Source: Azolla caroliniana (lineage: Eukaryota; Plantae; Polypodiophyta). Taken from it: a DNA stretch of 64,000 nt. Position 1 is the first letter of the stretch, and every line of letters starts with the position of its first letter. This document shows, in pieces, positions 1 to 13,053 of the stretch. The position numbers and the translations under genes are program-made. The DNA is taken from contig JBHGNT010000001.1 of the NCBI GenBank assembly GCA_043228905.1, forward strand, positions 33,356,001 through 33,420,000, in the 5' to 3' direction. Below the pieces are notes generated by a model. The model searched no databases. It was not told where the DNA came from and worked only from the letters and a program-made list of their open reading frames with translations.

Positions 1-3000
1 TCGTTCTTGATGTTAAAAGTTTTCCTTATCTCTTCAGGTGTCTTACCTTTGATCATGTCGGCAACAGTCTGGCAAGTAAGGTCAAGCAAGCTTTTGATGT
101 TGAGATAGTTGGCCGCCTGCATGAACAAGCTAAGGCTTCAGATTACAGCCAATTATGGGCAAATACAATGCTGAAACTTCATTCTGTAAAGCTGGGTAAA
201 AAATGTCATAATACCATCGAATTTTACTGCATTAATTATAAACAATGTTCTCTCGTACTCCACATGTACAATAGTAATAATAAAACATTACAATGCTAAG
301 ATATCATAATATATTTCTAATTTCATAATAGACAACCTAGTTTTGTAAAACAACCAGAAACTGTTTGTTTCAGAAATAACTTCCGGGGTTCGTGTTTTGC
401 CATCATGGTTAGGTTGAGAAACACCTCAAATATATGCCTGCATAAATGTGCATATATACACATATATATACATTTTTTACACACATATATATGCACATAT
501 TATATATGTACACAAATAGACATGTATGATTTCCACTCACATCTTATCATATAAGAATAACATAAATCATGATGTAAATCCAAAGGATTAACAAAACCCA
601 CAATTCCAAGTACATGAATGTCAAACATGGAAATGACGTAACAAAAATAGAGTTGTTAAAAAAATCCTTCACATATGTCAGATATCCAGAATATCGATTT
701 CATGTTGAGAAAGTCCAACATCAAAATCTTGCAATTGGGATAGGGAGTTGATTCCCAGAGAGCTGCTGTAAAAACAATTTAAGAGATAGACAGTGAAATG
801 GACTATATCTAAAGAGCGCTTGAAAACAAATCAAAATCTGGTGATGCTTTTTTGATGAATTTACGTTGAATAAAAAAAAGGGGAATTGATTCCCAGAGAG
901 CTACTGTAAAAACAATTTAAGAAATAGACAGTGAAATGGACTATATCTAAAGAGCGCTTGAAAACAAATCAAAATCTGGTGATGCTTTTTTGATGAATTT
1001 ATGTTGAATAAAAAAAATGGGAATAAATAACTGAGACTTAAAAATATATTTGCTCATTTTTATCAAAGGTTGGCATTCGAATCTGGAAAACACACCCACA
1101 ATAAGGAATTGAATTTTCAGAAAAGAAACCCAAAAACAGATTTCATGATGATGATTAGGTTCATTTTGATGTTTCAAATACATGTCTTTTGGTGACTATG
1201 AAGCAGAAAATATAGATGTTAGATAGCTTCCAATTTGGTGGAAAATGTAGCTATCATAATACAGCCTATATGTACACAATGACCAACCATTGCATGCCCA
1301 ATTCTTACGATGACGTATTGTAGTATTACTACAAAGTATTGCAATACCACTATGGTCTACCTTCATTGGTGCTATAGTAAGACTTAAAAATACATTTGCT
1401 CCTCTTTATCAGAATATTGGACCCATTCAGATTTGCAAGACACTCCCACTATTAGAAAACGATTTTTCAAAAACAAACCCAAAAAATGACTTTCAAACAG
1501 ACTTTAGGAAGATGTTTATGTTTCGGTTCCATTCATTTTAATATTTCGAATACATGTCTTTTTGTGACTGTGAAACAAACATATACATGTCAAATAGTTG
1601 CCGAATTTAGTGCAAAATGCAGTTATTCTAATCAGCCAACCTATACACGATGAGCAACAATGGGATGTCCCACACTAAAGATGAAGTATTGTAGTACTAT
1701 TACAAAGTATTGCAATACCACCATAATCTTCCCTCATATTAGTGCAATACTAAGACCTCAAAATATATCTGCTTCTCTTTATCAGAAGGTTGGACCCACT
1801 ATAAGGAAATGAGTTTTCAGAAAACAAACCTAAAAACCAACTTTCAAACAGATTTCATTAGGATGTTTAGGTTCCTGTTCCATTCATTTTGACATTTCAA
1901 AAATATGTTTTTTTTGTGACTGTGAAGTAATTCATATAGATATGACATAGTTGCCAATTTAATCGAAAATGTAGCTATATCGTAATACAGCCTATCTATA
2001 CACAACGAGTAGCCATTGCATGCCCTGTTCTTAAGATGAAGTATTTTAGTAATATTACAAAGTATAGCAATACCACTACGGTATACCTTTTTTAGAGCAA
2101 TATTGAGAATTTACAATATATATGCTTTTTTCTACCAGAAGGTTGAACCCATTTGGATTTCAAAGACACTCCAACTATAAGGAAATGATTTTTCAGAAAA
2201 CAAACCCCAAAAAACGACTTTCAAACAGATTCCATTAGGTTTTTGAGGTTAAATTTTCGTTTATTTAATGTTTTAAAAACATATCTTTTGGTGACTGTGA
2301 AGCAAATATATAGATGTCAGATGGTTGCCAATTTAATGGAAAATGTAACTAATCTAACACGGCCTACCTGTACACAACGTGCAATTATGGCATGCCGTAT
2401 TGTTAAGGTGAACTATGGTAGAACTAAAAAGTATTGCATACCACTGTGGCCTACCTTCCTTAGTGCAGTAATGCAGAAGAGCCTGGTACATGTAAACACA
2501 GCTGCCATAATAATGCTGAAATGTATAGAGAATAGATCATAACCATTACAATGGAGAAATAGGACATCCTAATCGTCCCCAAAAGATGCATACTACGTTT
2601 CATGCTGGTGGGAAATCCATTAGTCAAACACTTCTTCATAAACAAGGGTAAATGTATACGCAATATTATCCATCACCAAATATGCATAATAGATCTATGC
2701 ATTCAATAAACCAACCTTCGTTGAGAAAATCGCATTTTTGGGAGAGAAAAGATTCAAGATTTCTCATATAAAAAAGATCAAAGAACAATTACAAAAATGG
2801 TAAGAACGATGGATGAAAAATAATGTGGGCGAATAACTAGCATAAATGGAGTGAGAGAAAGAAAGAGAGATCGAAGAGAGCAAGTATGAAAGAGGTAGAA
2901 GAAGACCAAGGAATAAAAGATAAGGGGAGTACATACCAGGATGAGATCAAAGAGAGTTGCTTGATCAACCTTAACAAATTCTACATCCCATGCTTTCACA

Positions 3001-3242
3001 TCATCCTCAGAGAGGCCGGGTTTATCATCACCACTTTTAGGTACCTCTAAAGCATGATAGCGACAGTATTCGATGACTTTGGATAAGATCTTGCTTGAAA
3101 CGTTGAGGAGAGGGATGACACTCTCTGTGCCTGTGTCTTCCACCATGTCTTTGATGGTCTGTGACTCGAACGCGACGATCTCTTCCACTTCGAAGAGCTC
3201 ATTGTCGGAGGCCTTGAGGTTCACTTTGTTTTCCTTAGACAT
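1..3242 (-). CDS. SKP1: SKP1/ASK-like SCF E3 ligase subunit, partial (exon 3242-2937, intron 2936-117, exon 116-<1)
   Basis: Exon 1 reads [21 protein letters not shown]...[18 protein letters not shown]...[18 protein letters not shown]|GT. Exon 2 after CAG reads [39 protein letters not shown]. The intron sits at the usual plant SKP1 position, phase 0. Confidence 0.97.
743..1018. repeat. Near-perfect 138-bp tandem duplication in the SKP1 intron
   Basis: GGGA(G/A)TTGATTCCCAGAGAGCT...GTTGAATAAAAAAAA occurs at 743-880 and 881-1018. Confidence 0.92.
1030..2470. repeat. Four degenerate ~350-370 bp tandem units in the SKP1 intron
   Basis: Blocks such as AGACTTAAAAATATATTTGCT (near 1033, 1379, 1752, 2105), TTTTCAGAAAACAAACCC, GTGACTGTGAAG and AAAGTATTGCAATACCAC recur once per unit. 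Confidence 0.85.
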
Positions 3243-3461
3243 GGCTGCGAAAGGAACAACAAGAAGAAGAAAAGGCAAAAAGGAAAACAGAGCACGAAAA
3301 CAATTAGGGTTAGGGTTGACAGAGATCGTCAGAAATGGCTCCCTGCTCTTGCTCTTGGACCTGCGCCTGCGCCTTCTCTGTTTTCCAAGACGGTACACAA
3401 AAAACCATGATTTTGGTTTCACACTGGCTGGCCGGACATCCAGCTTTTGCTTTGTCCTGTC

Positions 3462-3783
3462 CTTGCTCCGACTTGAGATCAATCAATCAATCTAGAACAT
3501 GCCCATGAAAACAATATAGTAGTAAAAATGAAGCAATCCCTACGACACTCACACACACACATGTATCACACGCACTCTCCACCCCGAAGCAATAAATTGT
3601 TCTCTCTCGGCCTCATCCTGACTCTCTTGCTCAGACTTGAGATCAATCTAGAAAGATGCCCATGAAAACAAATAGAAGTAAAAATGAAGCAACAATCCCC
3701 GATGCTACACCCACATATATCACATGCACCCTCGACCCCGACGCGACAAAGTGTGTTCTCTCTCGAGGGCGCATCCTGACTTT
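3462..3783. repeat. ~164-bp diverged tandem duplication upstream of SKP1
   Basis: CTTGCTC(C/A)GACTTGAGATCAATC...GCCCATGAAAACA...AAAATGAAGCAA...CATCCTGACT starts at 3462 and again at 3626. Confidence 0.85.
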
Positions 3784-6700
3784 GTGGGTCGCCACGAATT
3801 AACGGCTCCGCCCACTTATCACAATTGGTCATGGTAAAAAAAAAAACCGAGAAACATTTCACACCTTATCATCGTCTGCTTGTTCAATATTCACTTGAGG
3901 TTCAACAAATGAAACTAATAATATGATGCAGGGCGCTCTTGTGTATAACGATGATAATTCTCTCCAATAAATAAATGTGTTTTAGCTTTTCACTTTACCG
4001 TGTTTCCCATGTGGTAGTTTGTGGTTGATCGTTCTGTTAAGGAGGAAAATAAAATGCCAAGACATTATGTTATTCAACAAATACTCCGCTCTCTTGACCT
4101 TTTTGCGGTGCCATAGTCAACTAAGAGAAATGGCTCGTAATAAGACGGGATTTTGAATCTAGACTTACGTATGGCTTGACTAAGTGCCATTGATGTTTCA
4201 ACTTTCTCCCTTCGTTTCTCTTTGGGATCTTTTGAGTTATTTGTTTAGCCCATTGTCAACATTGGTTGTCTTTGCCCTTCTTATTGACAGTTTTTTTCGT
4301 TTATAGGATTTCCATGTCATATCACCCCAAAGCATTATATGTTGCATGCCTTGGATGTCCCTACATATGAAGTATCACTTGTTTAATGTACCACTATTAC
4401 TCTCAATAATACACATAATTTTTTCTATTGAATGGACAAATATTTATTCGTCCAATCCTTAATCTGACGAAGCAAGAACATGCGGTTACAAAGAGACCTC
4501 CAACAATTCTTCTTCTAATAGTTATTTCATCTTTATCACCTCCTTTCCTTCCCTATTCTTATACCATGCTTATTCATCCTCTAATAATTTTTTCATCTTG
4601 ATCCTCTCCTTTCTTTCCCTGTGAAGAAAATAATGACTCGTAAAGCTCAAATACTTCCTAGTTCACACAAAAGTTTGATTTCACTATTTCAACATAAAGA
4701 CCCATCTTTTCACTCGTAATAAGAAGGAAGCATCTAGCATGGTATTTGTTACCCTTCAAAAATTGCTTATACATAGGAGAATCATGAGAATGGAATATTA
4801 GGTGGACATTGAGTCAAATCTAGCATGGATTTGTCTAGATGAGGATGTATTTATAAAATTGTTTTTTCTCGACATGCTTCTACTTTTCCATAACATGAAA
4901 TGTCGTAACAATAATTGGACTAATAGTGAACAAAGTTCTAGTGGTAAAAGTTAACTATCACACACATGCACAATAAAGTAGAGGATTTTTTATCAAGGTC
5001 ATAAAATGTAAGAATTCAAGTTAGTATGCATGTTGTAACCAATGCAGACCTAATGTTTTCATGATGTTAATACTTACCCGGCCATATGTGGCAAATATCC
5101 ATGACATTTTGCTAGCTCAATCAGAGAGTGTCATCTACAATGAAGCATTCGACAAATTTCTTTCTAAACACAAAGAATTAAGTCATTTTAATTATGTATC
5201 GAAATCATATACTGAAATATTGCTCAAATTGCACATGCTTCCTTGTCCAGATGTTATTTCAATATATCATTATGCTACAACATGGGTTGAAGGTGCATAT
5301 TCAAAATCCACCATCAAATATTGTAATTCACTACATCAACATGCATGCATACTCGTATTGCCCTTTTATATAGCAATGACCACACAAATGTTTCCCTCAA
5401 AATCATAATGCAGCATATTATATTTTATATTTGGTAGGAAAGATAGTAAGGCACACAATTGGACCACAAACCAAGCATGTGTAATCTTATCACGTGTCTT
5501 GTCAATATTGTAAGCATATCAACACTTTGATGTGATAATGGGTGGTACATATTTGGCGACATGAAATATATAGCGTAGGTTTGATGTTTGATCTCTAGAT
5601 GTATCTATATCCTACTATAGACATTGAGGGGTCCTTTGTGCTCAGAAATATATGGTGAAGATGGTTAAGTGCACCTTTTTCAAAGCAACTAGACCCAACA
5701 TGATATTATTGCTCTACAAAAGTCCCTTGTTCTAACATAGTGCCAAAACATCATAAAATTTAATGCAAAATCATTGCAAATATTTGTGGTTGCTCAAATC
5801 TTTCCAATGAACCTTGATGTTCATATTATAGCGACAAATTTTCTTTAGCCCCAACATGGAGTGATACAATCTTGAGAGAGGTGCACTTTCCTTAAACCAA
5901 TTGGGTATGATATTATTGAAAGTGTTACTTCCCTAACATAATTTAGGCATGTAAGGTGGATTCATAATTTCCTCGATTATTGAGTGTTTATTAAATGGGA
6001 ATACAAATATATTAAAATAAGTTTGAACTCCTTTCTAAGTGGTTGAATAGAATATATATGGAAGATGAGCGCAATAATATGATTTATGGGATGAAGAGAT
6101 TGAAAAGTGGTGGACAAATTCATTTGAGAACATGTGTTTATGTGGTGACATGGGGGACCGAAACCCAATGGCAAGGGGGCACTAAGCATAGTTATAAAAC
6201 AGTGTATTAGGAAGATCATGGCTATGCACGAAGTCCACTCCTAGTCATTTCAATAAGCATTTGCATGTAGGTACAACAAATACTTTATTTTCTCTAAACA
6301 TGTTTTAGTTATACTAATGTTTGATTAAGGATAGATACGAAGTAGGCCATGCAAATCAAAACGCCAATTATCGCAACTATTGTCTCGTTACGGTCCAAAA
6401 TCCCAACTTGCACAGAATCCAAGTCTCGTAAAGAAGACAACGCAGGACAATGCAATCAAAAGATCCAACGCCTAATCACGCTCTCTGAGTTTTTTGAAGC
6501 CTATGCGCAAATTGGCACTTTAATTATTGATACCTATGGGCTAATAGCATGCATGCAATGTTAGGTAGCTTAATTTGTACTTCAATCGCCTGTATGTAAA
6601 TTCATCGACGACAAATGCCATAATTAGAGTCAATTCCATGTGACAATTCTAGATTTGTGGCAATTGTAAGCAAACATACATATTGCAACTCAAAATCTTT

Positions 6701-7446
6701 AGGGGAGAAATTCATGAATTTATCCATTATCGAAGCAAAAGTGGAAGGAAATAAAGTCACGATCAACCTACAATAATCTCGATACATATGTGGGTATGGC
6801 CAACTTGCGTTGATTGTTTCATTCGAAGAGTAACGAGAGAGTTACGAGGCCAGTAAATGTGCTAGTTGATTAGGATGGGTTTGCTAGTTTGAGTTTCAAG
6901 GGTTTCTCTCTGGTGTGACTAGATACTGATCGCCAATAATCCAATACAAGAGTTCTACTCCATTATAAGAAAGTGGGATGCTACAAAGGTCGAAGATTGG
7001 GAGGGAAGTCTCCTATACTTTCTCGAGGAACTTACAAGAGCTACCCCTAGAAGCATGCCTGTCGAGGGAATGTAGAAAGCCTTTGCATCTCATGATGTCT
7101 GAAATGGGATTGAAGACTATGGTTAATGGTTATCATGCAGAGGAGGAAGTCGAGCACGAGGGGCTCCTCAAGTCTTGATCCCGAGTATTTCTTCAGAAGG
7201 GAGGGAAGAAATGGTCTAAGACCTTTCACTCTGCTTCATTGTGGTTTGTTATGGGTTATCATGGCTAGAGCCATTGTAATGTTTTCCCGCCTAAACATTT
7301 CGACATGTATGCAGAAGTTCTACTAATGAAGAATAATCTTTTCGGAAATGGTCTGAGACGAACTGTGTGTCCGACAGATGAGGGTGTGTAGCGTGTGGAG
7401 GTGTATGTGGGCCGTTATCCAAGCAAAGAGAAGTTGTAGGCATATT

Positions 7447-7730
7447 ACATACATACATACATACATAAAGTACAGTACAGTACATACATATACATACATA
7501 CAATACAATACATACATACATACATACATACATACATACATACATACATACATACATACATACATACATACATACATCCACATACATGATACAATACACA
7601 CATACATACTGATACATCCATCCTTAAATATATGCATGCATACATGATTATACATCCATACAGACAGAGACCGTATGTGAGTAACCTTTAGGCTTTAAAG
7701 CTTGTCTTGGGGCGAGGGAAGAAGAGCTAC

Positions 7731-7768
<38 letters not shown>

Positions 7769-7780
7769 TGAATGAATGAA
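7447..7780. repeat. Microsatellites (TACA)n and (GA)n upstream of the GRAS gene
   Basis: Directly visible. They explain the spurious YVCM/HTYI ORFs. Confidence 0.95.
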
Positions 7781-8438
7781 GGAAGGAAGGAAGGAACATG
7801 GTTTCTGACTCTTCCCCTCTTTTTCCTCTGCAACACCAAACTACTGTGGCAAAGGAAGGGAGCAATTTACCCACCCAAAACCCCACCCCCCCTTTCAAAT
7901 CTCCATGGCCACTACTACACTTCCATCTTTAATCATTCTCATGTGGTATGTAAATCTTCTCCATTTTCTCCCTCTCTCTACACAAAGTCCATATGCATCT
8001 GAGTTCATCTCAGAGAAGATAATCGCCATGATTTAGTTTGCTTAACAAAAAAGCAAAGGTTACACCGACAGAGCAGATTGATTTTGAGGGTTTTCGGTCT
8101 TATCCTCCCCTGCTTCCCCCGCTTCAATGGTCTCTGTTTCCCTTAGGGTCACATAGATCCACCGCTGCGATTAGCTTACTTCCTTTTTCATCTTTGCACT
8201 TTCAGTCTCTTAATTTTAACTGGCTGTCTTTTTGCATGTCTCACTATCTGTGTACTATATCTGTTCCGATATTTTATAGCCACAGTAATTTTTGTGACCG
8301 TATCCCATTTTCTCTTGACACGTGATAGCAAAATTGTTGTGTGCTCTATTGGTTCTAGACAATTAGGACCTTTGAAGTAAGTTCCAAATTTGCGCTATAT
8401 TTGCAGGGCATGATAATGATATTTGGTCTTGGTTTGGA

Positions 8439-10436
8439 ATGAAACACATTGATTTTTACCCCGCTAGTAATATAGGCCAAATTTATTACAATCCTGTATT
8501 GAGTCTAGAAGGAGGAGGAGGGGGTTATGATTATGATTCTATGGATGAATTACTTACAAATCCATTGATTTACTCCACTGCATTAACACCACGCCCAGTG
8601 AGTTCACACACATGCAGTGATGGTTCCACTTCGGCCGGGTCCTTTTGTGGGGATCAGTTGATGGGTCTCGTGTTTGACCCAAAATGCACAGAGATTGCAC
8701 CACTCGAACATACATGGTTTCCTGATTCAGCCGACTTCTCCTATCCGTCACATTATGCTGCGCCAGGCACTTCATGTTCGGGCAATTCGCCTGACTCTTC
8801 AAATACTGGTGACCCTGGAATGTCCGATTTTGGCTTGTGGGAAAGACAAAAAAAAGCTGATATTGGCCTAGAAGAGATGTTTGCTCCTTCTTTGAAAAAG
8901 AAAAAGACGAAGATGGATGAAGACCCTAGCCAAGGAGGAAGAATCTTTGCTGATGGGTCCAAATTGATTCCTTTTGGACCTAGTGATGCTGAAGGAAATC
9001 TGATAACAACTGCCAGTATTGGTGTTCAACTCCCTTTGCAAGATGGGTTCAATGAATATGGGTCTTCTGGTAATCCTTTCACCTCAAATGCCAAGCAGCA
9101 TTATAATAATGACGGGTTCAAAGAATATACTTCGGCCATTGCTTTTAACACAAACCAGAATGAAAATGGTCCATGTCCATCGGAGAATACTGCTCGAGAT
9201 GATGGTACAAATACAATCATTACACAAATACACCAAGATGATATACGAGGGTTTGGATTGAATCCGATCCTCGGGTCTCCACTTGGGGCCATTAGGTGTG
9301 AGAGTGATTATAATGAGATTTGCCTTGTCCACCTCCTCATTGCGGGTGCTGAGGCAGTGGCCACAAGGGACATGGACTTAGCTTCAGTGATATTGGTTCG
9401 GCTCAAAGAGTTAGTCTCTTGTACAGGTAGCACGATGCAACGTGTGGCCACATACTTTACCTGGGGGCTTCAGTGCCGGATAGAGTCAGGGGGGATTCAT
9501 GGGGATAGATACCACATCGATCCGCAAACAGATATCCTCTCGGCCTTCCAAATTCTTCACGAGGTGTCGCCCTACATCAAGTTTAGTCATTTCACAGCTA
9601 ATGAGGCAATCCTGGAGGCCGTGGAAGAGGAGCAACATATTCACATTATTGACTTTGAGATCATGGAAGGTATCCAGTGGCCCCCACTTATGCAAGCCTT
9701 AGCTTCGAGGAAGGGCGGGGCCCCTGAGCTAAAGATCACTGCCTTGTATCGGCCTTATGCAGACAGAGGGCTCGCCACAGTGCAAGAAACAGGTAAACGT
9801 CTCACCGAATTCGCATCGTCACTCGATGTGCCGTTTAGTTTCGGCCTTCTTACCATCAACAGCAGTGAAGATGAGGAACTGAATGCATCAAATATCAAGC
9901 TTACAAAAGGAGAAGCCTTGGTGGTAAATTGCATGCTCAATCTCCCACACATGCCACATAAGGCACCCACGACTGTGTCTTCCTTCTTCCGAGGGGTGCG
10001 GAGGCTCAATCCTGTCGTGTTCACATTCGTGGAGGAAGAGCTAGGTTGCGGTACAACGACAGCAGCCGCCTCCTTCTTCGAAGCCCTTCATCACTACTCT
10101 GCAGTATGCGACTCTCTGGAGGTATGCCTTGAGTCTGAAACTGTGGCTCGGATGCTCGTGGAAAGGGTGTTCCTTGCGCCTCGGATCAATAGCACAGTGG
10201 CTGTGTGGAACGGGTTTTGCCGAGCCGAGGTCAGGGCAAAACTGTTGACCGAAAATTGGTGCTCCCTTCTTCGTTCACTCGGTTTCAAACCTCGTCCATT
10301 GTCATTCCACAATGTGTCTCAAGCTCAGCTTCTTCTAGGGCTTTACAAAGATGGCTTCAAGCTCGATGAAAGAAGTGACCGCCTCGTCCTGGGATGGCGA
10401 GGTAAGCCTCTTTTTGCTGCCTCTGTATGGAATTGA
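8439..10436 (+). CDS. NSP2: GRAS transcription factor, NSP2-like (intronless, 665 aa)
   Basis: Motifs LVHLLIAGAEA, VILVRLKELVS, AFQILHEVSPYIKFSHFTANEAILEA, IHIIDFEIMEGIQW, ATVQETGKRL, FFEALHHYSA and LGW...ASVW. The VILVRLKELVS and ATVQETGxRL strings are characteristic of NSP2. Confidence 0.9.
   Translation: MKHIDFYPASNIGQIYYNPVLSLEGGGGGYDYDSMDELLTNPLIYSTALTPRPVSSHTCSDGSTSAGSFCGDQLMGLVFDPKCTEIAPLEHTWFPDSADFSYPSHYAAPGTSCSGNSPDSSNTGDPGMSDFGLWERQKKADIGLEEMFAPSLKKKKTKMDEDPSQGGRIFADGSKLIPFGPSDAEGNLITTASIGVQLPLQDGFNEYGSSGNPFTSNAKQHYNNDGFKEYTSAIAFNTNQNENGPCPSENTARDDGTNTIITQIHQDDIRGFGLNPILGSPLGAIRCESDYNEICLVHLLIAGAEAVATRDMDLASVILVRLKELVSCTGSTMQRVATYFTWGLQCRIESGGIHGDRYHIDPQTDILSAFQILHEVSPYIKFSHFTANEAILEAVEEEQHIHIIDFEIMEGIQWPPLMQALASRKGGAPELKITALYRPYADRGLATVQETGKRLTEFASSLDVPFSFGLLTINSSEDEELNASNIKLTKGEALVVNCMLNLPHMPHKAPTTVSSFFRGVRRLNPVVFTFVEEELGCGTTTAAASFFEALHHYSAVCDSLEVCLESETVARMLVERVFLAPRINSTVAVWNGFCRAEVRAKLLTENWCSLLRSLGFKPRPLSFHNVSQAQLLLGLYKDGFKLDERSDRLVLGWRGKPLFAASVWN
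9386..9405 (+). promoter_or_regulatory. miR171h-type target site in the NSP2 CDS
   Basis: AGTGATATTGGTTCGGCTCA is the exact complement of UGAGCCGAACCAAUAUCACU. It lies at the VILVRL codons, where NSP2 mRNAs are known to be cleaved. Confidence 0.85.
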
Positions 10437-11977
10437 TGGAGAGGACATTTGCATATTTTTGTCATCAAATCTATCATTTATGACGGGGGAGTGAATAAGC
10501 AAACCATTTGTCGAGTTTGGATTCTGAGATTGGATTTTTACATTTATGCGCAAGTGAGATCATCTGGAGTGATGTAAATTCACTTCTTTGATGCGTGATC
10601 TATAATAATATGTTTTGGATGCCTATGTTTCCTATTATCTGTATACCTACCTATGCATTGGCCATAGCAATGGAATTGTGCTAGTCACGATTGGATGAGA
10701 ACCTGGACAGTTGGATGAAATAAGGGTGGATTTACACTACATAACAGAAAAGTATGTAGAAAATATTTCCCGTCTCATTTCTAAATATCCGTCCAAATTC
10801 AGATCAAAATTTTCTTTCTCTTTTGTATATTTAGCCCCACCACTGGGAGGTAATGGTTGGTTCTATAACAATTACTTTTTTGTGTCAATTGGTTGTTTAT
10901 ATAGAGAGAGGAGAGAGTGCAAAAGCAAGCAAAGATGGGAGAGAGAGAGAAGCCCATTTCCTGTCAATTTATTGGAAACATTATATGGTGGCAAAACAGC
11001 AATACCCCACCTTGAAAGTGGTTTGCAAACTAGTCAACCTACTATGAAATAAGAGACTGAAATCATTGACAAAATGAAGATAATGGGAGAATATTTAAGG
11101 CATGGATTTTTTTTTTTACTTCCCATCAAAGCATGGAACATGAAACATTTAGTTTCCATTGAACAATGGAAGACATGACTAACTTCATTTGTTCTTTATC
11201 TCTTTTGTATCATGGACATGCTTGATACAATGTACTATAGTCTATTATAGCTACATTATATTATTATCAGAAGCTATTTGAAGACGTGGTGGGTATAATT
11301 TATGGATATGAAAAAACAATTTTTTTTTTAATATTTCAAAAACTAAGGTTGTATCGAGCTTTACTGTGTTAAGTTTACTTGCTAAGCAATCACTTAGTAC
11401 TTTTAATGCCCAATTCATCTCTTATTAAATATCATTGTGATGATCAATGCACTATGTGGAATCATAATTGAGTGTTTTTTCTTCATGAATATTGCAGAGT
11501 TTCTTTGTGACAATGAAAACATGGATGCTATACGTAGCAAAAGTTTACATGAGTTGTAAATCTATGATAATGTCACATGAACTAACAATGGTCAATTGTG
11601 TCCTGTTGATGAAGCATTATCAGATTAGGTAATCCAGTATATATTCTATTTATTTTTTAACAGTACATACTACCATTTGAGTTCCAAATGCTTTGTAGGT
11701 TATTAAGCATATAGCTATTCTCTAGCAACTTGTCATAGCTTCTTAACATATTGAAGGAGATTTGGTCTTTTGTCTATTGTTAGTTCTAATATATACATCT
11801 CAGTAAATGTCTCTAAATAGTTGAAAGGGCAATAATTGTGTATACTATCTCAGCTCTTTAACATAGTGACAGAGCTATTTAATTATCATGAGTTTGTGGT
11901 AGATTGTATGATCACAATTGTTATTTGTTCATGCTTGATCTCACAATGGACTACCTAATATATTTGAAAGGGCCCCC

Positions 11978-12205
11978 ATTGAATAAATACGACCTACTTA
12001 AAAATGCACGCACATATGTATATAAAACAATATAGAAAATTTTATATGATTGAATAAATACGACCTACTTAAAAATGCACGCACATATGTATATAAAACA
12101 ATATAGAAAATTTTATATGATTGAATAAATACTACCTACTTAAAGTAACATTCAACATACACACACACACACGCACACACCATACAAAACAAGATAGAAA
12201 AACTA
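11978..12205. repeat. 71-bp tandem repeat (two identical copies plus one degenerate)
   Basis: ATTGAATAAATACGACCTACTTAAAAATGCACG... at 11978 and 12049, with a diverged copy at 12120. Confidence 0.9.
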
Positions 12206-12922
12206 TAGGGCCCATTATTTGGATCAATTGATGATGCAATTGTGGAACATGAGAGATATTTTAAATAAGTGATGGTAAATGATTGAGTAACAAAGCAAGA
12301 TCATACGTGAGGGAGGGGTTGAGAATGGGGTTGTCAATGCAAAATTTTGAAGGCAAAATCTAGAGGAACATAGATTAATTACATAATGTCTCGATATTGA
12401 TTATTAGAAGTCAAAATGTGCTACCCTATCTTTATTTTGAAGACATTACTTGTTACATGATATACCTTGTAAATGTGATAAATTTGATTAGATAACCTTA
12501 GAGATTATATTCTAAGCTCCAAAGAGTGTATTTACTAAATATGTAACTAAGGGAGAATATGTCAAAGTAAACCCATCATGTAAAGTTTTCTAGAAATGTT
12601 TGAGAAACCAAATATAGTATATACTAAGATGGAACGTGCTCATGGTTGAATCACCAAGTTGGAATATACAAACCTTCCTACTTGGTAGATGTTTGTGAAT
12701 CATACATTGATAACATCACGGTGTTACAAAGAATAATTATTAAGTATCGATGAACCACGTATTATAAAATAAAACAAGAAGGGATTGTAAACAATGGAGA
12801 AGATAACGAAATTTAACTAAGAAAGGAAAATTGTATTGAAGGCTTGACACTAATTTATTCAATCATGATCATTTAGAAGACTTTATGATGAATATTAACA
12901 TATTTTGGTTTGCAATAGTTAG

Positions 12923-13053
12923 ACATAGGTGTCAACTTGTTAGATTCAAGCATAATTATTAACTCAAATATTAAGTTATTAATTCACATAGGTGTCAACT
13001 TGTTAGATTCAAGCATAATTATTAACTCAAATATTGAGTTATTAATTGACATA
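12923..13053. repeat. 63-bp tandem duplication
   Basis: ACATAGGTGTCAACTTGTTAGATTCAAGCATAATTATTAACTCAAATATT at 12923 and 12986. Confidence 0.9.

Noticed and set aside
3243-3482. 80-aa N-terminal extension of the SKP1 ORF
   Set aside because: Non-ATG start, and a pyrimidine tract ending CGCAG just before the ATG indicates 5'-UTR or intron sequence.
5070-5081. ATACTTACCCGG, similar to the U1 snRNA 5' end
   Set aside because: One mismatch and no U1 sequence follows.
7291-7898. Overlapping ORFs of YVCM, HTYI and SLSL repeats (similar ones at 48436-48967 and 53034-53246)
   Set aside because: They are translations of (TACA)n and (GA)n microsatellites.
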